Shown here: piece by piece, positions 10,666 to 37,828 of the stretch
Layout of the letters: every line of letters begins with the position of its first letter
Numbering within the stretch: the first letter of the stretch is position 1
Origin: Saccostrea echinata
Lineage: Eukaryota
DNA: 64,000 nucleotides
NCBI RefSeq assembly: GCF_033153115.1
Contig: NW_026889759.1
Location: forward strand, 13,516,001 to 13,580,000
Direction: 5' to 3'
Program-made: the position numbers and the translations under genes
Notes under the pieces: generated by a model
Told to the model about the DNA's origin: nothing
Seen by the model: the letters and a program-made list of their open reading frames with translations, nothing else
Database searches by the model: none

Positions 10666-11075
10666 GTTATACCTTTAAAAATTTGTTCCTATGTAATTTA
10701 ATACTAATAAAATCTAACATTTCTAATGTTTTACTGAGCAGGCATAAAAAAAAAATCGATGTTTGACCGCGGAGTGAGATATTGGACCTGTCGATGAGAT
10801 GTTGGACCGCTTACGTCACATAACTGGCGGGGTCAGCTGAATCTCATTTGCATTCGTTGATGATCGACATACATATATATAAAAAAAAAATAAAATAAAT
10901 AAATAAAAGGTATAACAAAACATTTATTGACTGTGTTCTCGGGCAAAATGCGTTCTGTCGACCCCTCGAACCAAACTGTTTGCCTTCGGCCTAACGGCCT
11001 CAGGCAATCAGTTTGGTTCTTGGGTCCGACAAAACGCATGTTGTCCTCGAACCCAGTCAATAAATGTATACTATT
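10666..11075 (+). mobile_element. Terminal-palindrome family B element
   Basis: Starts gttataccttt; inverted aaaggtataac at 10906-10916; ttacgtcaca at ~10811; palindrome 10921-11066 centred on ggcc-taac-ggcc. Confidence 0.8.
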
Positions 11076-11315
11076 ATACCCTTCAATAAATTCTGCACCT
11101 TCTTGAATATAATTATTTAAAAAAAAAATCAAGTTAAAATGTTCTGAATAAAAACGACGTGCAGAAGGCCTAATCGAAAAAAGCCTCTAGAAACTGTGTC
11201 ATCAACATATACGTTAGATGTCTCTCTTTGCAAGAGTAACAAAACAAATTAGCTTGTATTCACAAGGATGTGTCTAAGAAAGTAGATAAAATGCCTCCTA
11301 AGAGTCGAAATGATG

Positions 11316-12114
11316 TTAGCTGCAATAATGTATCCCTCTCCCTTTTTTTTTTTTTTTTTTTTTTGGGAGAGGGCTACAACTCCTAAGGATCTCCGTAATG
11401 GTGCAAGTGCGGGAGTGATTCACTCCCGCACGAATTTCGGCTTAAATTATCAGTAAATGGCTATTTAATTGACATTTCTTACCTGAACTCTAAAAATGTA
11501 GTTATGCAAAACATAAATCAATCCAAACATACACAGAACAATCCATATATCGGTTATTTTTCGTGTATGTCAACATCACAACTTGAATTTATCCGCCATG
11601 TTTACTGACCTTGATCGATTTTATTTTGGGACAGCCAATGAAACTAGGGATCTCTAGGGAGCGGATCTCTGTATGAATTACCTTATTTTAGGCATAAATA
11701 TCGCTGTTTACGAAAAAATGTCACATGGAATAGTTTTATTTATAAATATTTAATGATGCCATACAGCATAATCATTTAGTAACCCCGAAAATCTACTTTA
11801 AAAAGTAATTTATAATTTTCAAGCGCAAGTCTCAGTGCATCACGCGAGAACTGTCATGGCTTCTGATGAGAGCGACTGGTAAACAAGCAGATTAATTTTA
11901 TCTGGTTTTCGCGTTTAACGGGCTATGTTGTTGACAGTGAATAAAAATTTCGCCTTTTTAGAAGTAAGTTGAATGTAAAAACAATTTATTTTGCCTGCAG
12001 TCGCCCGTATTTAAAAAATATATTTGCACCATTACAGAGATGCTGTGGAATTGTAGCCCTCTCCAGAAAAAATCAGATAAAAAAAAATCGGAGAGGGCTA
12101 CATTATTGCAGCTA
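11316..12114. mobile_element. Small TIR element (ttagctgcaataatgta ... tacattattgcagctaa) enclosing a second TIR element at ~11385-12043
   Basis: Outer TIRs plus inner gagagggctacaa/ttgtagccctctc arms; inner element TIRs atctccgtaatggtgcaa / ttgcaccattacagagat, with hairpin gtgcgggagtgattcactcccgcac. Confidence 0.75.
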
Positions 12115-12661
12115 AAATGATGTCAGTTTGTCAGCGTAGGAGGAACTCAAGCTTAACAGGTTACGATACGGATGTAAAATTCAACATCGCAACTGCATAT
12201 AGCATGCAAGTTTGATCCAGCCTATGGTTACAAAACACCATTCTATAATTTCCGTTAAAATATATATTTTTTTCAATCTGCTTGTAACGTTCCGTAAAAT
12301 TTTCTTTAGTTGTATCTGGAACCATTACATGTATTACGTTAGCGCCGAGCTAGTAATACATACATTTATTTCGAGAAGAATTTTTAGAAAAACCAGCAAA
12401 CAAAATTAGACTCGAATGAATAATTACCATGTCCTTAGGCACAGAAACAGTCTCCGTCAAACTCTTTCTTTTCATTATTTTCTATGTATTTCCGTTAAGA
12501 CGTACGAAATTGTAACCATGGAAAATAAACGTAACGTCATAAAATGGTTCGCAAAATTTTATCATTACATTACGTGAAATTTTGAACAATACTTTTAAAA
12601 TCGAAGTATAATTTTTTTTATTTGTTCTCACTATGTAACATGAAATGAATAATGAAATTCT

Positions 12662-26342
<13,681 letters not shown>

Positions 26343-27896
26343 TTTAACTGATTTCAGAACACACGTCTAGAAACCCGTGCACATAAGGCTTCTGATTAAT
26401 GGTGACCTACTAGAACTAAATTGTCCAACCTTGACTGATTCTTGCACACAGACCCAAATTTTGAAATCATAATCAAAATTCCTAGATAATATATATATAG
26501 CCTATAGGTAAGTTTCGTGACCTGATTATATTTCAACAAATTAAATAGTTTTGCATTCAAAGTGGTTAAAATTGTCTTAAAATACTGAATTATTTTTATT
26601 TTCGAAAAGTATCACGTGTTCCTCATAAGACTTTTTTGAAAATGATAAAATTCTCAGTTGCAGTTTAGTAAGGAGAACGTGAGAACTACAAGGTATGGCG
26701 TGTATATTCAGAATTTAGGACTTCATATATGGTGGATATATGCGTTGTTCTGTATATCAACTGATAACAGCTACTATTACATGTATCACAGTGAAAAAGT
26801 AATTGTTAAAAAACATGCCACTTTAGCTTAACTTAAAATAAAAGTGTGAAATATGCATAAAAGGCTAGGATTTTTTTTTTTAAAAAATAAGTTATCTTTT
26901 TATTGTGAAAATTAATTATCATATTAAAATTCAATTTGAAAAAAAAATGTACGGTAGCGGACACTATACATGACACCATTATGCAAAAAAGTGAAAGCAG
27001 TTTGGCTTTTTTCCTATACTTATTATTCTGAACAAAATGTATATTTATTAAATTTTTCAATTTTTTTTTTTAAAAATTCATTTTGTTATTTCACTCTAAG
27101 TTATTTTTATGGATCTATCTGACTCTAAAGGTTAAACTGCCGGTTAAGAAAATTGTTTATAAAAAAAAAACCCGATGAGGATAGTTGAAATGTTACATAT
27201 AACTTCTATAGCTGTTACATTCATTTCACGATAACGAGTGTATGTGTTTCGGTCATTGTACCCTCAGATGTGAGGATTCATGTCTTTTCTCAGAATTAAT
27301 GAGCACCAAAATGGATGATTTCCAGCTTAATCCGTTAGCCCTTTGCTTCGTGAATATCTACTGTTTCTGCGAACACGTGATGTCAATGACCGAAGTACAG
27401 GGTCTTGTTCATGATACATGTGTAAGTATTTTGACCTTGTGTTTGGCATTTGTCCTGCAGGAATAGAACAGAATGGATAGTTTGTGTAATTAATCTAGAA
27501 TATAAGTTCATGTAAACATGTTTCCTGTAAATAGACTGAAGAATTTATAATAAATCTGGTTTAAGAAGCGGTTTGTAGGATATTTTAACCTTTTATTAGT
27601 ACATCATCCAACTAATGTTGTGTTTTTGTATAGATCTTATGTAGTCATTAATATGGGGTCTTGTTAACGTCAAAAACATTGCAGCTTTTTCTGCAGTGAA
27701 TGTCATCCAACGTGTTCTCTTGTGGCAGCTTGAAAAACCAGAACCAACTCGAGTCATTTAGAATCAGCTTGAGTTATGTCTCTTTAATCTTCTACGTGAT
27801 TAAGTTTGGTGTGAGTGAAACTGGAAATGTATCAAAAATATATTTGTACTTCCAATAAAACAGAGTATTTCCTATAGCTACATGTCTGTTACTTAA

Positions 27897-29313
27897 TTAT
27901 TATACCGGCACAGTTGGGGTACATGCAAATTGTTATCCCGGTCCGTCCGTCTACTAGGAGTGAAACGGTTCACCGCGGTATCGATGCACCGCGGTATTTT
28001 TTCTCGGTTTGATACACGGTGCAAAATCTCTAATTTTCGGTTCGGTTCATTTTTCGGTCGGGATCGTTATTCAGTCGGGTTTGGCATAAGGTATAACACG
28101 TTACTCAGAATAAATAAGTATAGAAAACGTAAATTTTTGATGACTGATAGCTTGTAAAATAATTTTTGACAGTCAAACGATTTTAATCAATTTCTTCTAG
28201 TCAATTTTCAAATAAAATTCGTAAAATATGTGACTAGATTTAGAAAAAGAAAGCATAAAACAACGTAGAATTTGTTTCCTTCTATCAAAATGTATCGTAT
28301 CGAAAATAACCGAACCGAGACAAAATTATACAATACGTATCGAACCGTGTAGGAGGTGTATCGTTTCACCCCTACCGTCTACGCTACTACTCTCACATTT
28401 AAAGTAGTAGCCAACTCATCTTTTGGAATATGATTTGTGGTGCCTTGAACATAGGCCAAAAAAAAAAAGATTTCGAAACTTTCATTTTCACCCTGAGGGC
28501 CATCTGGGGGTAAAAAGGTGTTTTTCTTCAAAAACCTGGTTCCCTGAACTCCTACATTTTTTTTCCATTCATCATTTGGAATATGATTGGTGGTGCCCTA
28601 TATGTGCAATAAGGTTTTGGATTTTCAATTTTCACCCTGGGTGCCATTGAGGGTCAAAAACGATTCCTACCAAAACCTGGTTCCCTGAACTCCTTTTACA
28701 TTTTTTGCAGTAGCCAATTCATCTTTTTGAAGATGATTGATGGTGTCCTGTAGATGTGTTATAAGAGTTTGGAATTTTCACAGCCTAGAATCCAAGTGAG
28801 GGTGAAAAAACGTCGTTTTTTTCCCTACAAAATCCAGGCTCCATGAACTCCTGTTGCATTTTATACACTTATCTACAAAAAGCTGGTTCCCTAAACTCGA
28901 TCCTTACATCTTTTGCAGTAGCCGAATCGTCTTTTGGATGGTGATTGGTGTTGTCCTGTAGAAAAGGCTTAAAATTTTGATTTTCACCGTGGGAGCCAAA
29001 TAGGGGTTAGAAAAGATGTTTTTGTTTAGGGTTTTTTTTAAACAAAAAGCCTGGTTCCCTGAAGTCATCTTATACTAGAATTTTTCACAGATGCCCATTC
29101 ATATTTTGAATAAGTCTGGGAGTGTCCTGTATATGGGCATTTAGTTTAGGAATTTCAATTTTCACCCTAGGGGTGATTGGGGGTCGAAATGGACTTTTGT
29201 GTAAATTACAGAATTATTGTGGCTTCTTCCTTTGACACCCAAATATGAAAGTGAGTACATTTAGAGGCAAATACCTTTTGTGCGCGTATTACTGTGTTAT
29301 AACAGCATCTAGT
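27897..29313 (+). mobile_element. HINE-like element with ~130-bp internal tandem repeats, interrupted by a hAT MITE
   Basis: Starts ttattataccggcacag, followed by a (gtcc) microsatellite; repeated aaaacctggttccctgaactcc units ~28530-29070; ends gcgtattactgtgttataacagcatctagtt. Confidence 0.6.
27955..28374. mobile_element. hAT-superfamily MITE with an 8-bp TSD
   Basis: TIRs taggagtgaaacg / cgtttcacccta; exact TSD ccgtctac at 27947-27954 and 28375-28382. Confidence 0.88.
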
Positions 29314-29477
29314 TTCAACTTGGAGAAAGAGGGAGTATTAAAAATAGTATTTCGTGAAAGAATCACGTTTCAATATATATTGTATTTCTGTTTCTATTGG
29401 CTTTTTTTTTTACCTAATACAATCTATTATTGTTCAGATTTTGATTGACATATTTCATACCAATTGTTAGACCTGTT

Positions 29478-29730
29478 TTTACACTAAACTTAACTACGGA
29501 TTATTCCGTCTACCTGATCAAGACATAGAGCTCACAGCGGATGTGACCAGTCGACAGGGGATGCTTACTTCTCCTAGGCACCTGATCCTACCTCTGGAAT
29601 TTCCAGGGATCCGAGTTCTATGCCCCAATCACAGATTTTTATTGTTTTCAGATTTTTTGAGATTGCTCACTGTTTGTTTTAAGATTTTTTGAGATTGCTC
29701 ACTGTTCGTTTTCTTCACCTATTTCATCTT
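29478..29730 (+). mobile_element. 3'-end fragment of a Penelope-like retroelement
   Basis: gtcgacaggggatgcttact.ctcctaggcacctgatcc.acctctgg, shared with ~38790-39200, ~46120-46270 and ~53820-53945. Confidence 0.7.
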
Positions 29731-30374
29731 TACTCATTCTAGCTACTAAAATTTAATTCTCCGATAATTTTAAGAAACTCTTTCTAACATGTGGTCTTTG
29801 AGCTTCCTTTTTACTCTTGATACGTTATCCCCACATTATGATCATTTGAATGATTACACATAATAGATATGAAGACAACTGTTAGCCGGTAATCCTCATC
29901 TAAATAACACATAAACATAATATTCGTTATCTGGTCTAGTGTCCGAATCAATTGTTGGTTTCAAATGTAAACTTTCTTTAGTTCACTTCAGTATTGGATT
30001 TACATTTCACCAACATACTTGGCGTTGAAATACGTATTGGAAAAGTGAGATAGTTCGTTATAATGTTTTATCAACGATTCTTTAAAAAACAATACCTTCC
30101 ACTTCTACTTATTATTCACACAACTAACATTAGTAAAACTAAATAAAACATCTCACCTTTTATTTAGAAACTTATGAAGTCTAGCGATAACAAAAATAGA
30201 GACACCATTTTTTTTTTATAAATAGATATTTATTCGAAACTTCAGTCCGTTTAATACACTAATGGCTGTATAAAACATGCTGATACACTAGATGCCAAGT
30301 CTTATTATGATACAGTAAAAGTAATATCATGCAAAAAGGGAGATATTGCTAAAAGTAAGGACTACTCTTTAAAG

Positions 30375-33300
30375 CTATATTAATGGCACACATCTACCAG
30401 AATAGTCAAAATTAGTCCTAGCCAACCAGTCTTTTATTGCAGCTTGTTTTGATTTCAGTTCTGAACTTGGACAAAGAAATTTTGGCAATTCTATATGATC
30501 CTCTGAGGTGATTTTATCGTCATCGCTTGTCAAAGGCACGTTTTCTTTTCCCACTGGCCCGACCTTTTTATTTTCATTTGATTTTGCGCTGCAAAGACGG
30601 GATTGGGTTACTTCCCCTGTGTTCTGTTGGTTTTCATCTGTTAGATCCTTCACAGACTCACTGGTTATAGTCATATCGTCCACCCAGCAATGAGGACCTT
30701 TTAAGGGTTTTTTGACCTCGGGCTCCTTTTCTATTTTCTCGGGCTCGGGAGGCGGTGGGGGTGGAGGTTCAGGTTCCTTTTCCTTCTTACCTTTTGCACT
30801 TCTATAATGAAAGGAAAATACAAAAATCAAGATGGTAATAACAGAATACTGTAAAGAAAATTCAATTTAAAAAAAAAAGAAAGAGAGAATTATTACAGAC
30901 TGTCCCAGCATACTTTCTTTCATTAAATTCTATTGAAAATAGGTAATTTAGCCATTTTAACAATGTGTAGAAACATTCCACACCAAAGTCAGTGACCTCT
31001 CAGTTAAGGTTTATAAGGAAAATGAGGCATGTTTGTGTTTTTACTCGAGCTTAATAGTTGTTGATTTTATAGAAATATTTAGATAATATTAAAACCGAAC
31101 CTAATGTCAATATGATATAAAAGCATTCAAGCTTTTCCTCGGAGTAGCATGCCTTTTGCAGTAAGTCTTACAGGATACTTTTAGGTTTCTTAGCATATGG
31201 GATTTATCGACATTAGTGCTCTTTTAATGAAGTTTTAATTTATTTCCTGGCTTTTGATGATGACCGCTGAGTCCATACAACAGTGCACCGCACTAACTAA
31301 TGAGTAATCTACGGTGACTAAATGACTCTATGTAAAACAGTCCTAAACTGCTTATCACCCTTAATACTTGAGATTATAGATTTAAAATATAAGAAGATTT
31401 TATGTTGTAATGTACTCAGTCAATCTTTTTAATCGTAATTGTCTAGAGTGCTAAAGTTTCAAATTAACAATAGCCTTCTAATTTAATAAGGCAAACAATT
31501 GGTTTCTCATTTGCGATTGAACAAATTATTTAACATTATAAGTTTGAAATGCATAATGAATTAAGTTTTGATAAGTTTTCTATAATGTTACAATATGTTT
31601 ATGTCTCCTTGTTTTTATGTAGATTCTTGTCGTAGATTTTTTATTATGTTTTATTGAAAAGAACAGAAACCTTATATGTAGCATACTGTAATGTTCCAAC
31701 AAATGATCCTATCAAACCACACTTAGGACAGGTATAAAAGTGGGTGTACCTGAATTCATACTGTCCTTGTGGCCAGTATCAGATAGATCTATATCCTTAA
31801 GGTTAACTTGTGCGCCTCTTGCCTTCTGTCCTTTTTGCTAATTAGATAGTAGAAAAAGTTTGATTCACTCTTAGGGAAGGACGTATTTAGATTTTAGAAT
31901 TTTGTCCGATCTCACTTATTTAAAGGCAATAAAATGTGTTCAAACCATAGAAAAAGTCCATAAAATGGCATTGTAATTTGGTCTGAATGAATTACTTTGC
32001 AATTAAGATTTATTGCTATAAATGGTTTGACATGGATCCGGATCTTTTTTTTATGAAATGTTATCATAAACGTTTTAAAATTGTATTGAAAAAAAAAATC
32101 ATGTAACCAACATCAGCTGAGTTTAAAATTGATCGATCTTTTCATAAAATTTCTAAAGAAGCGGCTTGAGTAATTTTCTATTCCGAACAATAAAGACTTT
32201 TTTTTAAATGTTCACAAACTTTGTCCCCACTTACGTGTTCATTAATAACTCAGATCAGGATTTGTATAAAATGTGATACAATTTTACGCAATGCTACCTA
32301 TTATAAGACGCTTTTGACCAATTTATTACCCCTAAGTTAAAATTCCTTAATATAATTTTCTTTTTAAATTGCAACTGCATTATGCGAAAACAGTCGCTAG
32401 TTTTAAAATTTTGAGCCTATCATGACAAGCTACATTAGTTTCTGTTTAATTGAACGAAGTTTATATACAATGTTAAGATATGAACTGCTCTTTGGTTACC
32501 TCTGACGATTAATTGTCAATAGAAATTATAACATTTTTTTCAAAGCAATGGTAGCAAGGTTTTCAAACTGACTGGGACTCAAAACATTAACAAGAAATTT
32601 GATGGAAAATAAACCCAGGGACATTTTAAAGTCAAAGAGATGGATCTCTGCTTCCATTGTAAATAACAAGGTGTCATAGGGTTATCATCAGAAGAAACAA
32701 ATTTATCGAGATAAAACTATCATCAAGTCCAAAGAAAAATCAAATTTTAATTTTGGGATTTTATAAAAATGAAATTTCATTGTATATTAAGTAACATAGT
32801 TATTAATTTTTTTTTCTGTCCGAAAAAAATACGTATTCTAAAATATGTTCATCTAGAACTGCATAAATTAGAAATTATATTTAAAAAAAACATCATTATC
32901 CTCGTTCAAAGACCCCTTTTTGTGGGCCATGATAAACCTCCACGTTTTAATTGTAAATTTAATGATAATCAAATCTTAAATCTGTACTCATTTAACCAAT
33001 CCAATTAGATACATACATGTCAATAGAGATAACAAATAAAAGGTTAAATTATTAAATTTGTGACAAATGCCTGGACTCTTTCATCTTTTGATATAAATCA
33101 CTAAGTTGGATATTATTTCTCATCTTAAGGCCGTTACATTCCGCAGTAGTTATAGGCTTTAAGCGTCAATTTTGACACATCATTTGAAACTGAATAAGTC
33201 GGGGACTGCAAAACAATAAGTAATGAAAAGAAAAGTCTTCTTCAAATATCAGGGCTTTAATTTTGAAATTTTAATGGATTTATTGTTTATAAAGATATTA

Positions 33301-35352
33301 AAATACTGGCCGAGATCTTAGCACTTTCCATCAAATCACAATTGATATTGCCATCTATCAAAGAAAAACTTATACGGGTTATAAGGTCCTCTGGTGAGGC
33401 ATATCTAGGCAATGTACACGTAAGTCTCAAGTATCAAGAGCTATTGGGAGCGAAGAATAAGATAGATCTTAAAATGGTATCCAACCTTTATTGAATTTTC
33501 CAATCATACAAATAGTCTTACGTTTTTTTCCCTAGAAAAAAAATAAATATGAGAAACTATCAATATTTACTTTTTTGTGAATGAATTGTAATTTTTTAAG
33601 ATGTAATGATTGGGTTTTCAGTATTTCAATATCCTTTGTGTGAGGTATTCTTTCCGTTAAAAATAAACACAGGGGAAAACGATTTGACCTAACAAAGAGA
33701 AACATTTAATTTAAAATAAAATTACATCTGCAGAATATATATGTTAAAAGTCTCTCCTGTCAATTATATAATTTTTTTTTCAATGTTTGGACTTTAATAA
33801 GTCTTTTTGTTATCCTGCTAATGCGAGTTTATTCAGTTTCGTTTTAATGCCATATCGTGGAAGGTATTCTCTGAATTAATCCATTAAAGACTGTCTAACA
33901 GAACAGAAGAATTGGCAATGGTGTTCTGTAAACATCCGCACATGTTGCATGAAAATAAAAATCTTCGCCAAAACAATCCAGTCATGTACGGAACAGCTTA
34001 TAAATAAGCAGGTTAGAATAAAAACACTTATGATTAAAGTGTGAAAAGTTGTCTCTTGGAAATCCTTCGGTTGCAAAATTGATTAAAATCTTTTCGAACA
34101 CTATACGGACATTTCAGACAAAAGGAATGAAAATATTTAATGAAGAAATATTAAACAGCCCCCGTTACAAATTATTTTATGTACTTTATACATTAGTGAA
34201 CTAATAAAAAAAAAAGTGAGAAAAAAAATGCATTTTTGAAAAAAAAATTCCTCAATTAAACAATTGACCAATCTTCATCAGAATAAAATGAACAACAACG
34301 GGGAACACTTGTACAACTTTTTTTTTTTAAATACAAGAAAATGCTTACTTCTTTGGGCTTTTCCCTCTCGCTTTCGGGCTTTTTCCACGGGATCCGCTAC
34401 TTTTGGGTCGTTTTCCACTCTTTGGCTTTTTTTCTGGTTCTGGTGGAGGGGGTTCTGGTTTTGGTTCCTCCACAGGTGGGGGAGGGACGGTGTCCTCTTT
34501 TTTACTGTCCACAGAACTTATAGATGATTCTTCTTCTAAAGAATAAAACCTGATTTTTGACTGATCACAATGAGGCCTGGTATACGTGTATTCCGACTTA
34601 ATGGTGCTGCTTTTGGAATCGCAGTCACTAAACACACTGTCCTGGGTGGTGCTATCATCCAGGTCAGGGATAGAGGAGAATTCAGACAAATTACCATTCA
34701 AAGGAACCAGATAATACTCGCTCGATGACGATGCTGTCGATCTTGCTGAGGAAGACATCGGCGTTATTACTCGGAAATCGCTGTTACTCTGAGAAAGAGT
34801 TTTGCGTATTTCTGATCGAATCTCGGTTGAACGTTCGTGTTTGAATTTGAGAGGAGGTTCTGAATTTGGACGCAATCTGATAGAATTCAAAATCTTACTT
34901 CGAGCATTGTACACAATGCTTCCGCTTCTCGAAGGACCTGTAGCTCCGTTTTGATATTTAGGGACATGGCCGGGTACTACAGCAGTGCTGGGACGAATCG
35001 CACTATTCTGTTTCTTAGCTTGGATCACAGTATCGAACATTTTATGGCTATAATCTCTCAAATTCTCACTATCTATTCTTGCTTGTTTAACCCTTCGTTC
35101 CAAATGTTTCCTGATATATTGTTGGGATTGAGCCATTTTCACTGAGTCTTCTTTAGTATGCTGCATTGGATAATTATTCAGAGTTCTCTTTTGTAACGGA
35201 GAATCTGAGGCCGGTTTCCTCTTTTCCTGGGCCTTCCCAGTCAACGCCCTTTGTTGTAGCTTCATCGTTGTGATTCTGAGGTCCCTGAGATTGGATGGTC
35301 CGTGAGCAGCATTGTTAGAGAGAACAGCCCAGCGTAATGAATCGGATTCCAT
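30375..35352 (-). CDS. Uncharacterised Ser/Pro/Lys-rich protein, ~476 aa, two coding exons
   Basis: Exon 35352-34349 (1004 nt, ends AAG AA|gtaagc) joins in phase 2 to exon 30801-30375 (tcattatag|A AGT GCA...), ending [37 protein letters not shown]. Both are long ORFs in very AT-rich DNA. Confidence 0.8.
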
Positions 35353-37828
35353 GATTTGTTCTCTTTTTATCGTTGAATATAAACCCCTTCGTTCAAGGAA
35401 ATGTCAAACAAAATATCTTCTGTGGACGGAAGTCATTGTCGCTTATCGGGTGCAACCTTTCAAATAACACGCAAAGAGGAGATCTATTTAACTAGAAACA
35501 GTCAGTGTACGCGCGCACAGATCCCTTTTTATGTGATTTAAAGGAATTAATCAAATGGTTACTCCATAATCTGAAAAAGAAATTCTATGTCAGCCAAAAG
35601 CTTAGTTCATTCTGATCGGTCGTAAATCCAAATAATAACCAGGTACCGTGAAGTATTGAACACTGTGATAAAAGGTACACTCTAAATATGTAACAAATGT
35701 TTGTTTTTCACTCAAGCAAAAAGATAACTACTTGTTAAGAACCGGTTGCAATCTACAGATGTGTTTCTTCCCATTGTAACTAGGGACGCCGTGTACATAA
35801 TTCGTCCTTTAATGCACCCTGTCTTTCTACTTACAGAGATCTATCGGCGCGCTGTACAGGAATTGCAATCCATTTAACGTACGCAAGATAATGTCTTTTT
35901 AAATTTCTGTAGGGTCTAACTTGAGCTGACCCGATGAAACAAACAAGTATACAAGATACAGTTTAAAAGTACCACACTAAGGTCAATATTTGAACATATA
36001 TGGGATTTTATGCTGTTAGACCTCCAGAGGAAATACAAACTTTCCGCTACTGTAAAGATGCATTCGATCCGATCATCAGCTTTCGTTGATAAAAGCCATC
36101 GATTTTTCTATTGTCATGATAGTGGCACTCATTAATTATTATCAATGATGACTTTATGACGTATGATTATGAGAAAATTTCAATTCTTTGTCAAAAGTAC
36201 CGATAAAAAGATACTTCAACTGCAATGTCTGTGATAACATAATCATTGTGAAATGGTTTTTAAAGAATAGAAAATGCCCTGTTCACACGAACTTACTCTG
36301 AGGTGTGTAATTTTCCTGTTGGGCCACTATCGACCTTTTCGACAAATTGTGGAACTGACAACGTAGATATTGCGAATAAACACATTTACAATCCAGAATT
36401 TCATTATGCATGATATGGATTTATTGAGCGTCGATAGTCTACACAAAACAAACATGCATACATTGTGTGTATATATCCGTAAAGTGGTACCAAACAGTAC
36501 AAAATTTATTGACTTGGTTCTCTCTCATAAAATTACCTTTTATAATGGATATTAAAGTATAATTTGTCTTTTAACTGTGAGTGGAAATGGCCTCGTTTTT
36601 AGACCGATTTATGCTTCTGATTAACTCATAATTTATTGTGTAAATTGAAATAATCACGTTGTAATTAAGTAGAAAATTGTCTGGAAAAATTCAAATTAAC
36701 CGTGACTTGTTTTAGCTTATATAACAACATATTAAATCTATTTATCAAACTGGCTCGGAAGCAATCGGGAATTAATCGGTCAACATATCGATTCCAAACA
36801 AAAACCGTGATCCCTGAGAAAGGTTACAATGTTCATTTTTTAAGACAATGACTAATTTATGCATGGAAATGTATTTATTGACACTGTTTTCCAAGTAGAT
36901 CTGTGAACAATATGCAATATTTTTGTCCATAACAAAATCAATTAATCGAGTATTAATTGAAAAAAAATATATTGCAACAAAAAATAAAGAGGGCCCATTG
37001 TATACGAAAGTTAAATAGGTCAACCTGTTAAAAATTATTGTGTGCACCATTCTGGCTAATCCACAGTACAATAATGTACCTCTACAATTAAGTGAAGCCC
37101 CTGACGTTACGAAGAGTAAAATAATAAAACAACTTTCATAACAAAACAAATTCCATACTTTTTTTTTTATCTTCTTTTGAAAGATTTCTATATTTTTTTA
37201 AAATAATTTATTTCACACTTTATATCCTTTTATTTACCTCATGATGGACTTGTAATTCTATCGTATGTCTGGGACCTAGAGGGCCATTATTCATGTCGTG
37301 GACATCTGTTTGTATACATTTTACCTCACGATTTACAAATATTTATGTAATCATTTTCCTTAACCTTATTTACTTTAACACATTTTGTGTAAACATTTTG
37401 AACATTATATATAAGCTCTTAGTACAATTATAGACGTAACCAAATTTGGTGCCAACACTTAAGACATCAAATTTCCTTTTAACACTTCAGACCTCTTGTA
37501 AAAGCTATTCTCTTTATTTTAAAACAACATTTGTACTTTGTCTCGTAATTTATGATATTCTTAGTGTTAAACATGAAATACAAATGAGTATTACTCGTTT
37601 TGGGTTTCATCTCACATGTTAAATCTTTATCGGCTCTGCCATGTACTTTTTGGTGTCTGACTTTCTGCAAGCATCAAAATACTTCAAAAAGAAAGAAAGA
37701 AAGAAAAATGACATGTGGTGTCAGCACAATATTATTTTATCCAAAGTCTGAATATCTCTTTTCATAAATCAAAGTGATTGTTAAATATTATAAAAATTCA
37801 CTTGACGTTTGAGCAGTCCCAACACTTC

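Noticed and set aside
10833-11132. 99-aa minus-strand ORF as an upstream exon of the orphan gene
   Set aside because: It overlaps the family B palindrome and a poly-A tract, and has no convincing donor.
31750-31837. Possible extra exon ([29 protein letters not shown]) of the 30-35 kb gene
   Set aside because: It is open only as phase 0 to 1, incompatible with the phase-2 intron that already joins the two exons directly.
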